Part shown: in pieces, positions 18,287 to 28,204 of the stretch
How the letters are laid out: the number at the start of each line of letters is the position of its first letter
Position numbering within the stretch: the stretch's first letter is position 1
Virus record (IMG/VR): IMGVR_UViG_3300037067_007264
Location: 32,001 to 96,000 of that record
DNA from: a virus
Taxonomy: Duplodnaviria; Caudoviricetes
Length of the DNA stretch: 64,000 nt
Strand: one strand, 5' to 3'
The notes under the pieces: model-generated
What the model saw: the letters and a program-made list of their open reading frames with translations, nothing else
Databases searched by the model: none
What the model was told of the DNA's origin: nothing
Position numbers and translations under genes: made by a program

Positions 18287-19332
18287 ATCACTTCATCTCT
18301 CTCGAACCTAGTCGGGGTTTTTGGCTCTGGGGTCTCGTTCCTAACTCGAACCTCGAAGTCAGCCATAACCTCTGCTTCCTTCATATAGTGCTCGAACCCA
18401 TTAGTCACTGCACTTTCATACGCTTCTTTGGCATAGTCGAACTCACCCGAGTGGATGAGCAGTCTCATCGCAGCCTTGACTCGAGGTCCCCAATGTGGGT
18501 TGTTTCGATTGGGGTCAGGCTTGTGCAATAAGATCCCTACCGAAGTTGGGGAAATGTGCTCATGAACTAGAAGTTCTTGAACAACCTCTTCTTGAGTGTT
18601 GCTCATGATATGGTGTGGTAGCACTCCAACCCTAAGAAGATACTTAGCAGTCTCACCAATATTGCAAGGTATCTCGAGACTCACAAAAGTTCGTATCCTG
18701 CTGTTTGGATCAATCTGCTTCCAATCAAGCTCTCCAGTACCGATGATATCATTGCGACATAGAGAGCCTACCCAGAGTGTATTGGTATACTTGTGACCAC
18801 AATTAGCAACGAACCAAGAACCAAAAGAGCGACTATCCTTTGGATTTGAAAGGGGTCTTCTCCACGGTTGTTTTCGAACTTCCCAGGGTCCGTTATCTCT
18901 AGCCCTATTCTGATTAGTGAGTATCACGATGTCACCCACCCTAACTCTGACTTCATCAATAATGTGCCAAGTACCCCTAAGAGATTGCTCGTTCTCATCT
19001 GAAACCAAAACCCGCGGGTTTGGCATTGGGTTTGGTTGGATGACAACTCGGAGGGCTAGCGACAAAGTCAAGCACATGGACCCCGCGAGGTTTAGGATCC
19101 CACTGTGATACTTGGGGGAAGGAAAGTTGACACCAAAGGGAATATGAACTGTGTTGATCCAAGGCCTAGTTGCTAGAAATAAGAGGGCAATACCAGCTAT
19201 TGCTAGGGAGAGGCTGGTGATGAGGTTCCTAACTCGGTTTCCCCAGAACATTCGACGAACGCAGAGTAACCAGCAGAAACCCATCCAGAACAGAAAAGAC
19301 AGGACCGCCCAACTGTCAAACAGTGGCTTCAT
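18283..19332 (-). CDS. Membrane protein with tail-fibre/virion-like domain, tag PTRFERDEVI
   Basis: About 3 TM helices; IDEVRVRVGDIVILTNQ...DNGPWEV...WRR segment; tag. Confidence 0.8.
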   Translation of the reverse strand: MKPLFDSWAVLSFLFWMGFCWLLCVRRMFWGNRVRNLITSLSLAIAGIALLFLATRPWINTVHIPFGVNFPSPKYHSGILNLAGSMCLTLSLALRVVIQPNPMPNPRVLVSDENEQSLRGTWHIIDEVRVRVGDIVILTNQNRARDNGPWEVRKQPWRRPLSNPKDSRSFGSWFVANCGHKYTNTLWVGSLCRNDIIGTGELDWKQIDPNSRIRTFVSLEIPCNIGETAKYLLRVGVLPHHIMSNTQEEVVQELLVHEHISPTSVGILLHKPDPNRNNPHWGPRVKAAMRLLIHSGEFDYAKEAYESAVTNGFEHYMKEAEVMADFEVRVRNETPEPKTPTRFERDEVI

Positions 19333-20138
19333 ATTACATCCTCGCGCTCAAACCGAGTTGGAGGTAGCTCCTCTTTTTTCTCAGTAGGTGGCTGTGATTG
19401 TTGAGTAGAACCCCTCTGTGTTTCCGGAGGGTTAGTTGTTACTCTTGGGGTTCTAGACCTCGTGGTAACTTCAGTGGTAGTTATATCTAACGTTAGCTCA
19501 CCAGACTCAATCATTCGCATGAACTCTTGGACTAATCGCCCCCAGTTCATGTGCTCAGCTGCACGATTTGAGGTTTCGAGCTCCTGCAGGGCACGAATCG
19601 TTTGAGGTCTTATACCAGAGACTAAGCTGAGATGCTGAAGATTTGATCTTCGGCTTTGGTCAAGTGCAATCATATCTCCAACGAACCCTAGATCTAAAAG
19701 AGTCTGGGCATCTCTGGCTATGGAAGTAGAGGCACTTGCAAACTGAGAAGCGTGTTCAGCAACACTGTTTACCGCCTGGGACACATCCCTGAAAGCTTGA
19801 GTCATCTGGTCTCCCAAGCTATCAAACAGATCGGAGAATGAGGACTCGATGTTTTGACGAGCCCTTGGTCTCTGTCGAGTTTGGAGTCTCCCACTAGAAG
19901 TCCTGTTGGGTGGAGGTTCCGGTGGTAAGGGTCTTATCTCAGATCTATCCACTCCACTACCGGGTATTGGTGGTTGTCCAGAAGCCACTCGAGCAGCATC
20001 CCCAGCAGCTCGTAGAGCACTCAGCCTTTGTCTCTCAATCTCATCCTTAGCTTTACTGTACTTATCCAGGAGATGGACAACGGCGGCTATACCGATGACT
20101 AACATCAGTACAACCGCCACTATTCCGAGGATTATCAT
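19329..20138 (-). CDS. Membrane-anchored protein, tag PTRFEREDVI
   Basis: N-terminal TM helix, disordered linkers, tag. Confidence 0.85.
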   Translation of the reverse strand: MIILGIVAVVLMLVIGIAAVVHLLDKYSKAKDEIERQRLSALRAAGDAARVASGQPPIPGSGVDRSEIRPLPPEPPPNRTSSGRLQTRQRPRARQNIESSFSDLFDSLGDQMTQAFRDVSQAVNSVAEHASQFASASTSIARDAQTLLDLGFVGDMIALDQSRRSNLQHLSLVSGIRPQTIRALQELETSNRAAEHMNWGRLVQEFMRMIESGELTLDITTTEVTTRSRTPRVTTNPPETQRGSTQQSQPPTEKKEELPPTRFEREDVI

Positions 20139-20149
20139 TCGTCTTCGCC

Positions 20150-21499
20150 CTAACTGGATGCTACTATTGTCTCAGCTAGTGTCAACAGATTCTCTCGAGT
20201 ATTGACCTCTGGGTTGTCCGTCACAAGCTCAAGGAGAGCTGTAAGAACTCTTCCGACAGTCGGTCCAGGGCCAATGCCCAAGTGGGTCATGACGTCGTTT
20301 CCGTTGATTGTGAGAACTTTGGTTGAGGTTGGCATAACCTCGGTGACTCTCATCTTTGCAATCTTGACTTCGAGTTCATTGATGAGATCTTCCTCTAATT
20401 GAACTCTAGCCGGTCCTTTGCCAAAGATATCGGCCCTAGCGAGGGTACACAAGCTGGCCACGTTATCCAAACCAACCCGGCGAACCCACCGACGGATAGT
20501 TGCCGATGACCACTCGGCACTGTACCGAATGAAGTGGTGTCTAACTAGGTGAACAATCCGTTCCTGATCTTCGTTGGACAGTTTCATTCTGGGTAGGATC
20601 TCGATGGCCATGTCGGCCCCGATGTTTTCATGATCATAGAAGGTGGCATCCCCATGTTCCGGATGCACTCCTTTTGACTTAGGTTTTCCAATATCATGAA
20701 ACAGGGCCCCCCATCGCAGGACAGGGTCTTCTTCGGGGCAGGCATCAAGAGTAGCAAGGCTGTGCTCCCAGACATCGAACCCATGGTACCGATTCTGGGT
20801 ACATTTGATCATGGGAGTCATCTCAGGTGCTGTGATACTCAACATCCCAGTATAATCCATAGCCCTAAAGGCATCTGAAGGCAGATGTGCAGTCATGATC
20901 TTGAACCACTCATCTCGAACCCGCTCGGCACTCACTTTTGAGTAGGTGTCCAGAGTTCGAGGGATAGCTTCATAGGTTTTGGAGTCAATCTCAAAACCCA
21001 AAGTGACCATGAACCTCAAGGCTCGTAAGCTGCGTAGGCCGTCTTCGGAGAACCTCTCCATTGGATCTCCAACAGCCCGAATAGTTCGACTTCTGATGTC
21101 AGATTGCCCGTTGAATGGGTCACAGAATGCATCCCCAATAGGGTCATAGGCGATGGCATTCATAGTGAAGTCTCGCCTAGCCAAGTCTTGGTCTATTCGA
21201 TCCAAAAATTGGATCTCATCAGGTCGACGACCATCCGAGTACACACCCTCACTTCGGAAGGTGGTTACCTCATAGGAGTCCCCATCAACCAATACTGTCA
21301 GGGTTCCGTGTTTGAGCCCAGTCTCCACTGAGCGGAATAACTTAGCAACCTGCTCTGGTCTAGCATTGGTTGTTACATCCCAATCATGAGGCTCTCGTCC
21401 CAGAATGGAATCACGCACAGCCCCTCCTACAAGCCAGCCTTGATAGCCAGCTCGAGAGAGTCTTCGACAAATTGAGATTACTTTTTCAGGAACTTCCAC
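20150..21499 (-). CDS. cca: CCA-adding tRNA nucleotidyltransferase (class II) with HD domain
   Basis: LVGGAVRD, DWD, EVTTFR, DLARRDFTMNA, RFSED-x-LR-x-LRA-x-RF, ERV-x-DE, H...HDIGK. Confidence 0.93.
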   Translation of the reverse strand: MEVPEKVISICRRLSRAGYQGWLVGGAVRDSILGREPHDWDVTTNARPEQVAKLFRSVETGLKHGTLTVLVDGDSYEVTTFRSEGVYSDGRRPDEIQFLDRIDQDLARRDFTMNAIAYDPIGDAFCDPFNGQSDIRSRTIRAVGDPMERFSEDGLRSLRALRFMVTLGFEIDSKTYEAIPRTLDTYSKVSAERVRDEWFKIMTAHLPSDAFRAMDYTGMLSITAPEMTPMIKCTQNRYHGFDVWEHSLATLDACPEEDPVLRWGALFHDIGKPKSKGVHPEHGDATFYDHENIGADMAIEILPRMKLSNEDQERIVHLVRHHFIRYSAEWSSATIRRWVRRVGLDNVASLCTLARADIFGKGPARVQLEEDLINELEVKIAKMRVTEVMPTSTKVLTINGNDVMTHLGIGPGPTVGRVLTALLELVTDNPEVNTRENLLTLAETIVASS

Positions 21500-21596
21500 A
21501 GTTAACCTACTACTCTGCTAATAGAATGGTACCTTAATAGAAATTGGGGTTCAGTGTACCATTGATGTCCTGAAAGAACTTCTAAAATATGCGAGT

Positions 21597-21938
21597 GTGA
21601 CTCGCGTACTCTTGGTCGAAGATGAGCCGGTTGTTCGGCGGCTATTCACAACCATCTTGTGCTCGGATGGATTTGAAGTGCGAACTACTGGCCTAATATC
21701 TGAGGCTAAGAAGTTGATGAGCGAGGAAACCTTCGACCTAATAGTATCCGACTACAGTCTTTCAGACGGTACCGCCGATGAGTTCTATGACTGGATCAAG
21801 AAGAACTATGCAGATCTATCCGGAAAGTTTATCCTAACAACTGGATGGCCTGAGAAGGAGGGTTTTCCTGTTATACTAGAAAAGCCTTTTCACATCAAAG
21901 ACTTAGAATCTTTGATTACGAAGGTCCTCGGAAGTTAG
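21597..21938 (+). CDS. Stand-alone response-regulator receiver (CheY-like)
   Basis: VLLVEDE, DLIVSD, TTG, KPF. Confidence 0.9.
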   Translation: MTRVLLVEDEPVVRRLFTTILCSDGFEVRTTGLISEAKKLMSEETFDLIVSDYSLSDGTADEFYDWIKKNYADLSGKFILTTGWPEKEGFPVILEKPFHIKDLESLITKVLGS

Positions 21939-21940
21939 TT

Positions 21941-22171
21941 CTACGACCACTCATACTCCAATTGAAGGACTTTGCGAACAAGAAGGGTTATGACCCTTCT
22001 TGCCTCTTCAGGTATACCTTCAGGAGGAGCCTCGGGCAGACTAGGGTCCCTCTCTCTAGCTTCCAACCATGCTTGTGGGAACTCAATCTGACTAATCTTC
22101 TTCAGTTCCTTGTCATTAGTTCCTACAACTACTACCGGGGTAACTTTCTTATTACGAGAAGCTTTGGACAT
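21941..22171 (-). CDS. Hypothetical protein
   Basis: Translationally coupled ORF. Confidence 0.65.
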   Translation of the reverse strand: MSKASRNKKVTPVVVVGTNDKELKKISQIEFPQAWLEARERDPSLPEAPPEGIPEEARRVITLLVRKVLQLEYEWS

Positions 22172-22803
22172 CAGCCACCCCTTGATGAAAATGCGATGGT
22201 TGAGAGCTTAAGTAATTTAGTGTGCTTGAGGATAGAGGTTACAAACCTGGGGGCCCCATCCAATCGAAGACACAACTCGTAGTATCGATTGAGATACTCT
22301 CGTTGAGATCTCTGCCAGGTCCACGGTTTTAGCTCTATGTCCATGGGTTCATGTTTAAGGTGCCAACCATCGAGCGGAACCATGAAGTACTTCCGTTCAG
22401 TGGCTAACATCTTGTCATCTACTTCTTTGATGATGGGGTGATTCAGGTCAACACCAAACTTTTTCGCTAGAACTTGGTTGATGTTGTGCTCAGCCTTCCT
22501 ATAGGCCTCCATCTCAGGCATCAGCTTGAGAGGTCTGGTCATATCCCCGACGTAGGGTTCTCCTGAATCGTGGAGTAAGAACCCAAATGCAAGCAGCAAG
22601 TTTTGGGTTAGCTCCTCAACGATATGACTGCCAACAACGCAATGTTGAGCTACAGAGTAGAATTCAGTTGAGTGCCCACCAAAGCGACAGATCTTTGCAG
22701 AAGATCCTGCGATGTCCTCAATGAAAATATCATCGGGGTGTGGATCGAACACGTAGAATCGACGACCTGTTAGGGTCTGAGACCAATCACCGTATCGAGT
22801 CAT
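22171..22803 (-). CDS. HD-domain 5'-deoxynucleotidase (YfbR-like phage type)
   Basis: IEDIA, CRFGGH, YSVAQH, LLHD-x-x-E-x-Y-x-GD-x-x-RP-x-K, D-x-x-x-L-x-x-E. Confidence 0.88.
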   Translation of the reverse strand: MTRYGDWSQTLTGRRFYVFDPHPDDIFIEDIAGSSAKICRFGGHSTEFYSVAQHCVVGSHIVEELTQNLLLAFGFLLHDSGEPYVGDMTRPLKLMPEMEAYRKAEHNINQVLAKKFGVDLNHPIIKEVDDKMLATERKYFMVPLDGWHLKHEPMDIELKPWTWQRSQREYLNRYYELCLRLDGAPRFVTSILKHTKLLKLSTIAFSSRGG

Positions 22804-22811
22804 CCCTAGAG

Positions 22812-23546
22812 CTACACCACCAGGTCAAGCTCTTTGACGAGTACCTGACGGATGTATCGATTGTTGGCATCAGTCAGGTCCGCCTTGATCTCACGCCAAG
22901 TCTTGGACCCCTCAAGAAGGACTTCGATCAACCGAGCCCCTTGTGGCATAGGTCTTTTCATTGCTCGTGACGTGAGACGAAGACCCTTCAGAACTCGGCT
23001 AGCTTCATCCACAATCTGCCTAGTAAATGCTCTGATCTCATGAGGGTTGTTGTGATAAGCAGCACCCTCTTCTGTCTTATACCTATCGATAACATCGAGA
23101 GCATGAGTCACTTCATGGATGAGGATGCTCTTGTTTGTGTTGATTATATCGTACTTACGAGTCTCATTCAGATCATTTGCATCAAGCCAAGGTGACAAGT
23201 AGATCACAATTGTGTTATCTCTACTGTCATAAACTCCACGAGTAATCTTGTCGTTAGTGGAGGCTTTACCAACTCTGATCTGAACCAGGAAGTCAATATC
23301 CTCCCCTTTGACATTCCTCAAGTTGATGACTTTGGATGCACAAATTGCGTTGGGTCTTACACTTGCTCCTAGGGTTGAACCAGGGTCAATACGGTGTTCT
23401 AAGAAGTCCAAGGCCTCCTCAGTAACCCTATTGGCTACTTCACCTACTTCGAGTACATTGAATGGAATCAGACGTCGACTAGCACGATCTTGATGAGCTA
23501 AGAAGCGCTGCTTGACTCGCTCTACTAGTTTGAGGTCTGAAGACAT
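22812..23546 (-). CDS. Putative zincin-like metallopeptidase (HExxH)
   Basis: LIHEVTHALD and downstream Y-x-N-x-P-x-E-x-x-A. Confidence 0.6.
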   Translation of the reverse strand: MSSDLKLVERVKQRFLAHQDRASRRLIPFNVLEVGEVANRVTEEALDFLEHRIDPGSTLGASVRPNAICASKVINLRNVKGEDIDFLVQIRVGKASTNDKITRGVYDSRDNTIVIYLSPWLDANDLNETRKYDIINTNKSILIHEVTHALDVIDRYKTEEGAAYHNNPHEIRAFTRQIVDEASRVLKGLRLTSRAMKRPMPQGARLIEVLLEGSKTWREIKADLTDANNRYIRQVLVKELDLVV

Positions 23547-23566
23547 ACAATCCCACTTAACATAAG

Positions 23567-24109
23567 TTAAGTATCTAGGAGCATCAGAGCAGAGAAGCTT
23601 CTTCTATCGATGGGTTTCGTTGGTTCCCCATCAGTGAAGAGCTTACCTAAGTACTCAATTGCCTCTTCAGCATGTTCAAAGATGTCTCCGCAGACGGCCG
23701 CATGCACCATCAGGTTGTCGACCATTCCAAAGTTCTCGATGAGCATCCCATCTTCTTTGACTCGAGTCTTGTATTCCGTCTTTGACTCGGTATAGCCGAC
23801 AACGTGGAGCTCAAGAGCTCTCCCATACCCTATTTCGAATGCGGTTCCGACATCCATTGAAGGTCCCCGGAAGGGGTTCATGTTGGCAAGCATGGCCCAA
23901 CATGACTTAATGAGCTTCACATTCGCATGGTAGATAAGGAACCCATTGTCCTCTTGCTCAAAAGGTTCAAGAAGTTTGACTTCGGAATCCAAGGGGAACA
24001 CCCCTTCGAGACCATTTTTCTGGCACATTTCTTTCAACCTGGCCGCTCGATCGGTCGCATCTGGATAGAATACGTCCGGGCCTGCGAGGTAGACGCGGTT
24101 GTAGGGCAT
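23567..24109 (-). CDS. Nucleoside 2-deoxyribosyltransferase family
   Basis: YLAGPDVF, FRG-x-S-x-D-x-GTAFE-x-GY, N-x-M; start set by GGTGTA. Confidence 0.9.
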   Translation of the reverse strand: MPYNRVYLAGPDVFYPDATDRAARLKEMCQKNGLEGVFPLDSEVKLLEPFEQEDNGFLIYHANVKLIKSCWAMLANMNPFRGPSMDVGTAFEIGYGRALELHVVGYTESKTEYKTRVKEDGMLIENFGMVDNLMVHAAVCGDIFEHAEEAIEYLGKLFTDGEPTKPIDRRSFSALMLLDT

Positions 24110-24275
24110 ACCCCTAATACACCAAAAGAACTTTTGTGATGAGATCTCACTCATTCGGGCGTAGTACGGATTATGGCCAAAACTACGATATAACCCACGA
24201 GAGATGAGGCTTCCTGGCTGGTGTGGGTAAGAAATAGCTAGTCCTTTCCTAGGTGTACCTAAGGAGGAGGCTTCT

Positions 24276-24500
24276 ATGTCCGCTTGCGTTCAAGTATCTA
24301 CCCTCAACACTCTGGTAGTCGTCGAAGATCCAGATCCGGCCCCCAAGGCCATTTTTGCTGTCACCAAAGATCGCGAGGGGAAGACAACCATCAGCCAGTA
24401 TGTTAGGATCAGCTGTCTTCCAGAGAAATTGCGAGAATCTGTCAGGAATTCAATATGGGATGGAGTATTACAAGAAAGATGTGGTGTGCCTTTGGGGTGA
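24276..24500 (+). CDS. Hypothetical protein
   Basis: GGTGTA and SD AGGAGG upstream. Confidence 0.65.
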   Translation: MSACVQVSTLNTLVVVEDPDPAPKAIFAVTKDREGKTTISQYVRISCLPEKLRESVRNSIWDGVLQERCGVPLG

Positions 24501-25453
24501 GTCTCATCATCATCTTGGCTGTTAGGTTGTTGATGGGTCACCCTCTACCAAGTTTGGTTTGTCTTCCGAGCCTGACTCTTGGAGGACTCCTTGTAGTATT
24601 CTATGCTCATACCATCTCTAGAAGAGGTTGGGGTTGGATCCTGTTCGCTGGAGTGATGAGCGCTGACTTATACCTATGGAAGTGGGTACGAATTCCAATA
24701 AAGGGTGAGTTAGCACTAGATTACTTAGGGAGCATCTTTCTTACTGGATCTTTACTGGCATACCTGGCGATAGCAAAGGAGGTTTCCTTCAAGAAAATCT
24801 TCTTCGGGTCTCTAGTTGCTGCCGATCTATACTCCATGGTTCATATAGTTTATGGTCCTAAAGGTAACCAAAGGATGGTCTTATCCTTTGGAGTTCTCTT
24901 ACTATTCCTCAGCAGCATTCCTTTTCTATACAACTTAGTTAGCATCAAGAGTGAGACTGAAGGTCCTCGCCTCAACTTCTTCACCAAGATTGGGTTAGGT
25001 ATCTTCAAGGTGATAGCTGGTACTCGATCCAGGTTATTTTGGTTGATGTCAACCCTATACTTTGCTGGGGTCATGGTTATAATCCAACCTGGTCACAAGC
25101 CTCCTTGGGCTTGGTGGGTTGGTGGGGTTACAACCTTCATGTACATAGTCTTCAACCTAGTGACCATGCGTCGGAATGATAAGGAGATTGGAGCTAATTT
25201 CTCGAGGCCTTCTCAGAGACAAGAGATGCCCCTGCCACCACTTCGACAGGATCCACATCCGGGTGGGGCTGATCGGGTAGCCTTTATGCAACCAGAGGTG
25301 AGGAACCGGACAATTGGGATTTACGTTGACGGGGTGAGGGTAGGAATGGCCCAACTTAGCCCAGAGCACCCAGACCCGATAGCGGATGTGCTTCCAGAAC
25401 TTGAACCCGATACTAGGCTTGCTCGAGTGCTGAGGGACAACTACCCGTTGTGA
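24455..25453 (+). CDS. Polytopic membrane protein, tag TRLARVLRDNYPL
   Basis: About 8 hydrophobic helices and a cytoplasmic tail. Confidence 0.85.
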   Translation: MGWSITRKMWCAFGVSLIIILAVRLLMGHPLPSLVCLPSLTLGGLLVVFYAHTISRRGWGWILFAGVMSADLYLWKWVRIPIKGELALDYLGSIFLTGSLLAYLAIAKEVSFKKIFFGSLVAADLYSMVHIVYGPKGNQRMVLSFGVLLLFLSSIPFLYNLVSIKSETEGPRLNFFTKIGLGIFKVIAGTRSRLFWLMSTLYFAGVMVIIQPGHKPPWAWWVGGVTTFMYIVFNLVTMRRNDKEIGANFSRPSQRQEMPLPPLRQDPHPGGADRVAFMQPEVRNRTIGIYVDGVRVGMAQLSPEHPDPIADVLPELEPDTRLARVLRDNYPL

Positions 25454-25875
25454 AACAGCTCAAAATCATTCTAACCCTAACTATAGCGAACCTGATCAGG
25501 ATCCTGATCTCTGTTGCGATGGGTAAGCATGTGAATCCCATCCTGATAGGTCTTAGTGTAGGAATCGTTGTACTTATCGGTGTCCTAATTGCTCTCAGGA
25601 TGAGAAGTATAGAAAAGGAGTTAGGTCAAAGACTAGAGAGCCTTGCTTCGTTTAGACGACTAGAGCGGGAATTGGATCACAGGATTGCTGGCCTTCATGC
25701 CTCCATACTGAACTCACCTACTCCTAATGTAACTCCGATATCAATGGTTAATGGTGTTTGGGTAGTAGAACCTCCAGTTTCAGATCCAGTAGTGAGCAAC
25801 CCAAAGGAACCAGAGCAATGTCCACCCCCTGAGAGCAGGTTTGCTAGAATACTCAAGGATAACTACCCACTGTGA
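25450..25875 (+). CDS. Membrane protein, tag SRFARILKDNYPL
   Basis: 2 TM helices; tail matches the previous gene. Confidence 0.85.
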   Translation: MKQLKIILTLTIANLIRILISVAMGKHVNPILIGLSVGIVVLIGVLIALRMRSIEKELGQRLESLASFRRLERELDHRIAGLHASILNSPTPNVTPISMVNGVWVVEPPVSDPVVSNPKEPEQCPPPESRFARILKDNYPL

Positions 25876-26087
25876 GACCACTTTGGCACGACTCTTTGCC
25901 TCAAAAGAGGCCCTCCTAGCCGGAGGCTTTAGCGAGTGATCATGATCCTCGCTTTTGGTCGAAAGAATGAGACCAATTAGATCAAGAACTTGAGTCCTGA
26001 TTTAGGATCTCCGACCCGTAGGCCAGAGACTCCTTCAAGAGAATAAATCTAACCTGAGTGAAAGTCAACTTCTTTTGAGTCAAAGCC

Positions 26088-26300
26088 TTGGCACGAGAAC
26101 GAATTGAAGCTCACCAAACTAAGTATGGGCCAGCGGTTATCACCGTTACTGGGTACTCAAGGGTAATGTCCAAGGTTTGGGAAGCCCTGCTACCTTACAA
26201 GGATATGTACTACGTCAGGCTCAAGTATGACCGAGGATTACATCGTTACGTGATAGTGGATATCAACTACCCACTGATCAGAACCTTGAGTCTCGAGTAG
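26088..26300 (+). CDS. Hypothetical protein
   Basis: Short ORF, TTG start. Confidence 0.45.
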   Translation: MARERIEAHQTKYGPAVITVTGYSRVMSKVWEALLPYKDMYYVRLKYDRGLHRYVIVDINYPLIRTLSLE

Positions 26301-26697
26301 TGGCTCTCTCAGCCTTGAACAAGATCTCAATTTGTTTCTTATCCACACCTTCAGTTCGCCACTTGGGAAATGGCATCTCAGCCTTCTTGGACCACCACCG
26401 CTTCCGGTAACCACGGAACCCAGGAACAGCCTCTTCGATGGTGCAGGCAACGGCCCCGCCCTTACGGCAAATGCCCCAGCCCCTTCCCTCTCGACGGATG
26501 ACTCGGGTCACTGGGGAGTAACCCCTCAGCTTGCCCCAGGATACAATATAGAGACGTTCTCCAGGTTCGATCGAAGGCTTGGCCCCGCCTACGAAGAAGG
26601 CCCACTCCTCGCCGCTCGGGGGCTCCTCAGCGGCATCCCCTTCACCCACCCAGAAAGCCCAAATGGCTTTAGGGACAGTCACTACTAGATCAGACAT
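26278..26697 (-). CDS. Hypothetical protein (possibly ASCH/PUA-like)
   Basis: DLVVTVPK...W...GERLYIV...G-x-LRGY; GTAGTA motif upstream. Confidence 0.7.
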   Translation of the reverse strand: MSDLVVTVPKAIWAFWVGEGDAAEEPPSGEEWAFFVGGAKPSIEPGERLYIVSWGKLRGYSPVTRVIRREGRGWGICRKGGAVACTIEEAVPGFRGYRKRWWSKKAEMPFPKWRTEGVDKKQIEILFKAERATTRDSRF

Positions 26698-26749
26698 ACC
26701 AAAGGTAATACTACAAGCTTATTAGTGTAGCTGTCAAACATAATCCTAC

Positions 26750-28204
26750 ACCAAGCCCTACTACCTAAAGGTTGCAGTCAACCTCAAATAAGTAATGGAT
26801 TGTTGTACGCCCATCAAACCAGAACCACACTTGGGAGAAACCTGATAAGCATTCAACAAGCCCTGGTCAATAATCTTCTTGTTGGACTTTTCTAGTGGGT
26901 GCGAGTTCAAACCATAAGCTGCAAGTTGAAGCTGGAGTGTAACTCAGAGCAGAGGCTTGCCTTGAACGCTTTGGTTACAGCCTACCAAGGAGCTCTGAAC
27001 TTCGCTTCTAAAACTGCTTTTGATCTTGGTAAGACATCTAGTGCCTCCAAGATCCAAAAGACTACCTACCACGAGATACGGGCCAAATGGGGTACGTTAC
27101 CAACTACAATGATCTGTGGGGTTGCCCGTCAAGTTGGCTCTATTTACAAGACACTGTGGACACGAGCTAAGCAACATAAAGATAATCTGAAGAAGGGTTG
27201 GACAAGGAAACAGTACAAGGGATTGAATCGAGCCCCTATCTTCAAGTCAAAGACGGCTACCCTTTTCTACCGTAATGACTACTCTTGGTCAAAAGACCAC
27301 ATAGTAAGTGTTACCACTCTTAACGGTCGAATCAAATTAAAGTACTCAGGGTATCAGAAGCATTTAGATCTCATCAAGTCAGGGTCTCATTGTGGAGCCG
27401 CTCGTCTCTGGTATGACAAGACTTCTAAGCAATGGTATTTGATTGTATCAATTGAACTTCAGAGTCCTGATGTTGATTTCTCATCACTTTGGAAAGTCAA
27501 GGGGATCGATGTTGGTCAGAGAAACCTTCTTGTGTCAGTCGACTCAGAGGGTCAGGTAGTATTCAAGAAAGGAGGACTAGTAAAAGCAAAGTGTAGACAC
27601 TACGCCAAGGTTAGATCTGGTTTACAGGAGAAAGGCACCCGCAGCGCCAAACGAGCATTAGTTCGTTTGAGTATGAGGGAGAGACGGTTTAGATCCGACG
27701 TGAACCATAAGCTTGCTTTGAGTGTATTAGAGCCATCCACTCTCATCGGGGTAGAAGACTTGACAGGAATCAGAGAGAGGTTGAGGAGAAGAACCGGGAA
27801 GCGGGCCTCTGAAAAGCAAAGACAAGCGAACCGGGACTCGAGTTCTTGGAGTTATGCCGAGCTACAATGGTTCATAACTTACAAATCATTCTTCTTTGAC
27901 TCCATTGTAGTAGCGGTAGATCCGAGGAACACCTCTAAGGGGTGTTCCAAGTGCGGGCATATCAGTGATGGAAACCGTCCTAATGGATCTGTTCTCTTCA
28001 GGTGTCAGGCTTGCGGAAGGGTGGTTCATAGTGATAAAAATGGAGGAGATAGCATTCTCCAAAGAACAGTGGTCAAGAGACAAGATCTCTTGGTTATGGG
28101 GTGTTTATCAATCACCCCTAAAGTGTCGAATGTTGATGGTAGCTCAGCTACCGGAGTTCAGGTACAACAAGTCAATCTTCGGAATGACCTGAATTGATGA
28201 TGAC
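26750..28204 (+). mobile_element. IS1341-like (tnpB-only) IS200/IS605 element; ends approximate
   Basis: tnpB without tnpA; possible right end ...GATGAC at 28204; left end not resolved. Confidence 0.5.
26899..28197 (+). CDS. tnpB: TnpB RNA-guided endonuclease (IS200/IS605 family)
   Basis: RuvC-I GIDVG, RuvC-II IGVEDL, W-x-Y-x-x-L, TSKGCSKCG...CQACG Zn finger, RuvC-III D-x-N. Confidence 0.93.
   Translation: MRVQTISCKLKLECNSEQRLALNALVTAYQGALNFASKTAFDLGKTSSASKIQKTTYHEIRAKWGTLPTTMICGVARQVGSIYKTLWTRAKQHKDNLKKGWTRKQYKGLNRAPIFKSKTATLFYRNDYSWSKDHIVSVTTLNGRIKLKYSGYQKHLDLIKSGSHCGAARLWYDKTSKQWYLIVSIELQSPDVDFSSLWKVKGIDVGQRNLLVSVDSEGQVVFKKGGLVKAKCRHYAKVRSGLQEKGTRSAKRALVRLSMRERRFRSDVNHKLALSVLEPSTLIGVEDLTGIRERLRRRTGKRASEKQRQANRDSSSWSYAELQWFITYKSFFFDSIVVAVDPRNTSKGCSKCGHISDGNRPNGSVLFRCQACGRVVHSDKNGGDSILQRTVVKRQDLLVMGCLSITPKVSNVDGSSATGVQVQQVNLRNDLN

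Noticed and set aside
23567-23620. C-terminus DRRSFSALMLLDT as a tag variant
   Set aside because: It does not fit the R-F-x-R core.
25883-25902. Sigma-54 promoter TGGCACG...TTGC
   Set aside because: The GG-to-GC spacing is 11 nt rather than the strict 10.
25877-25960. Cloverleaf-like cluster of three short hairpins after the membrane gene pair
   Set aside because: The stems are only 5 bp and lack tRNA consensus bases; too weak to call.
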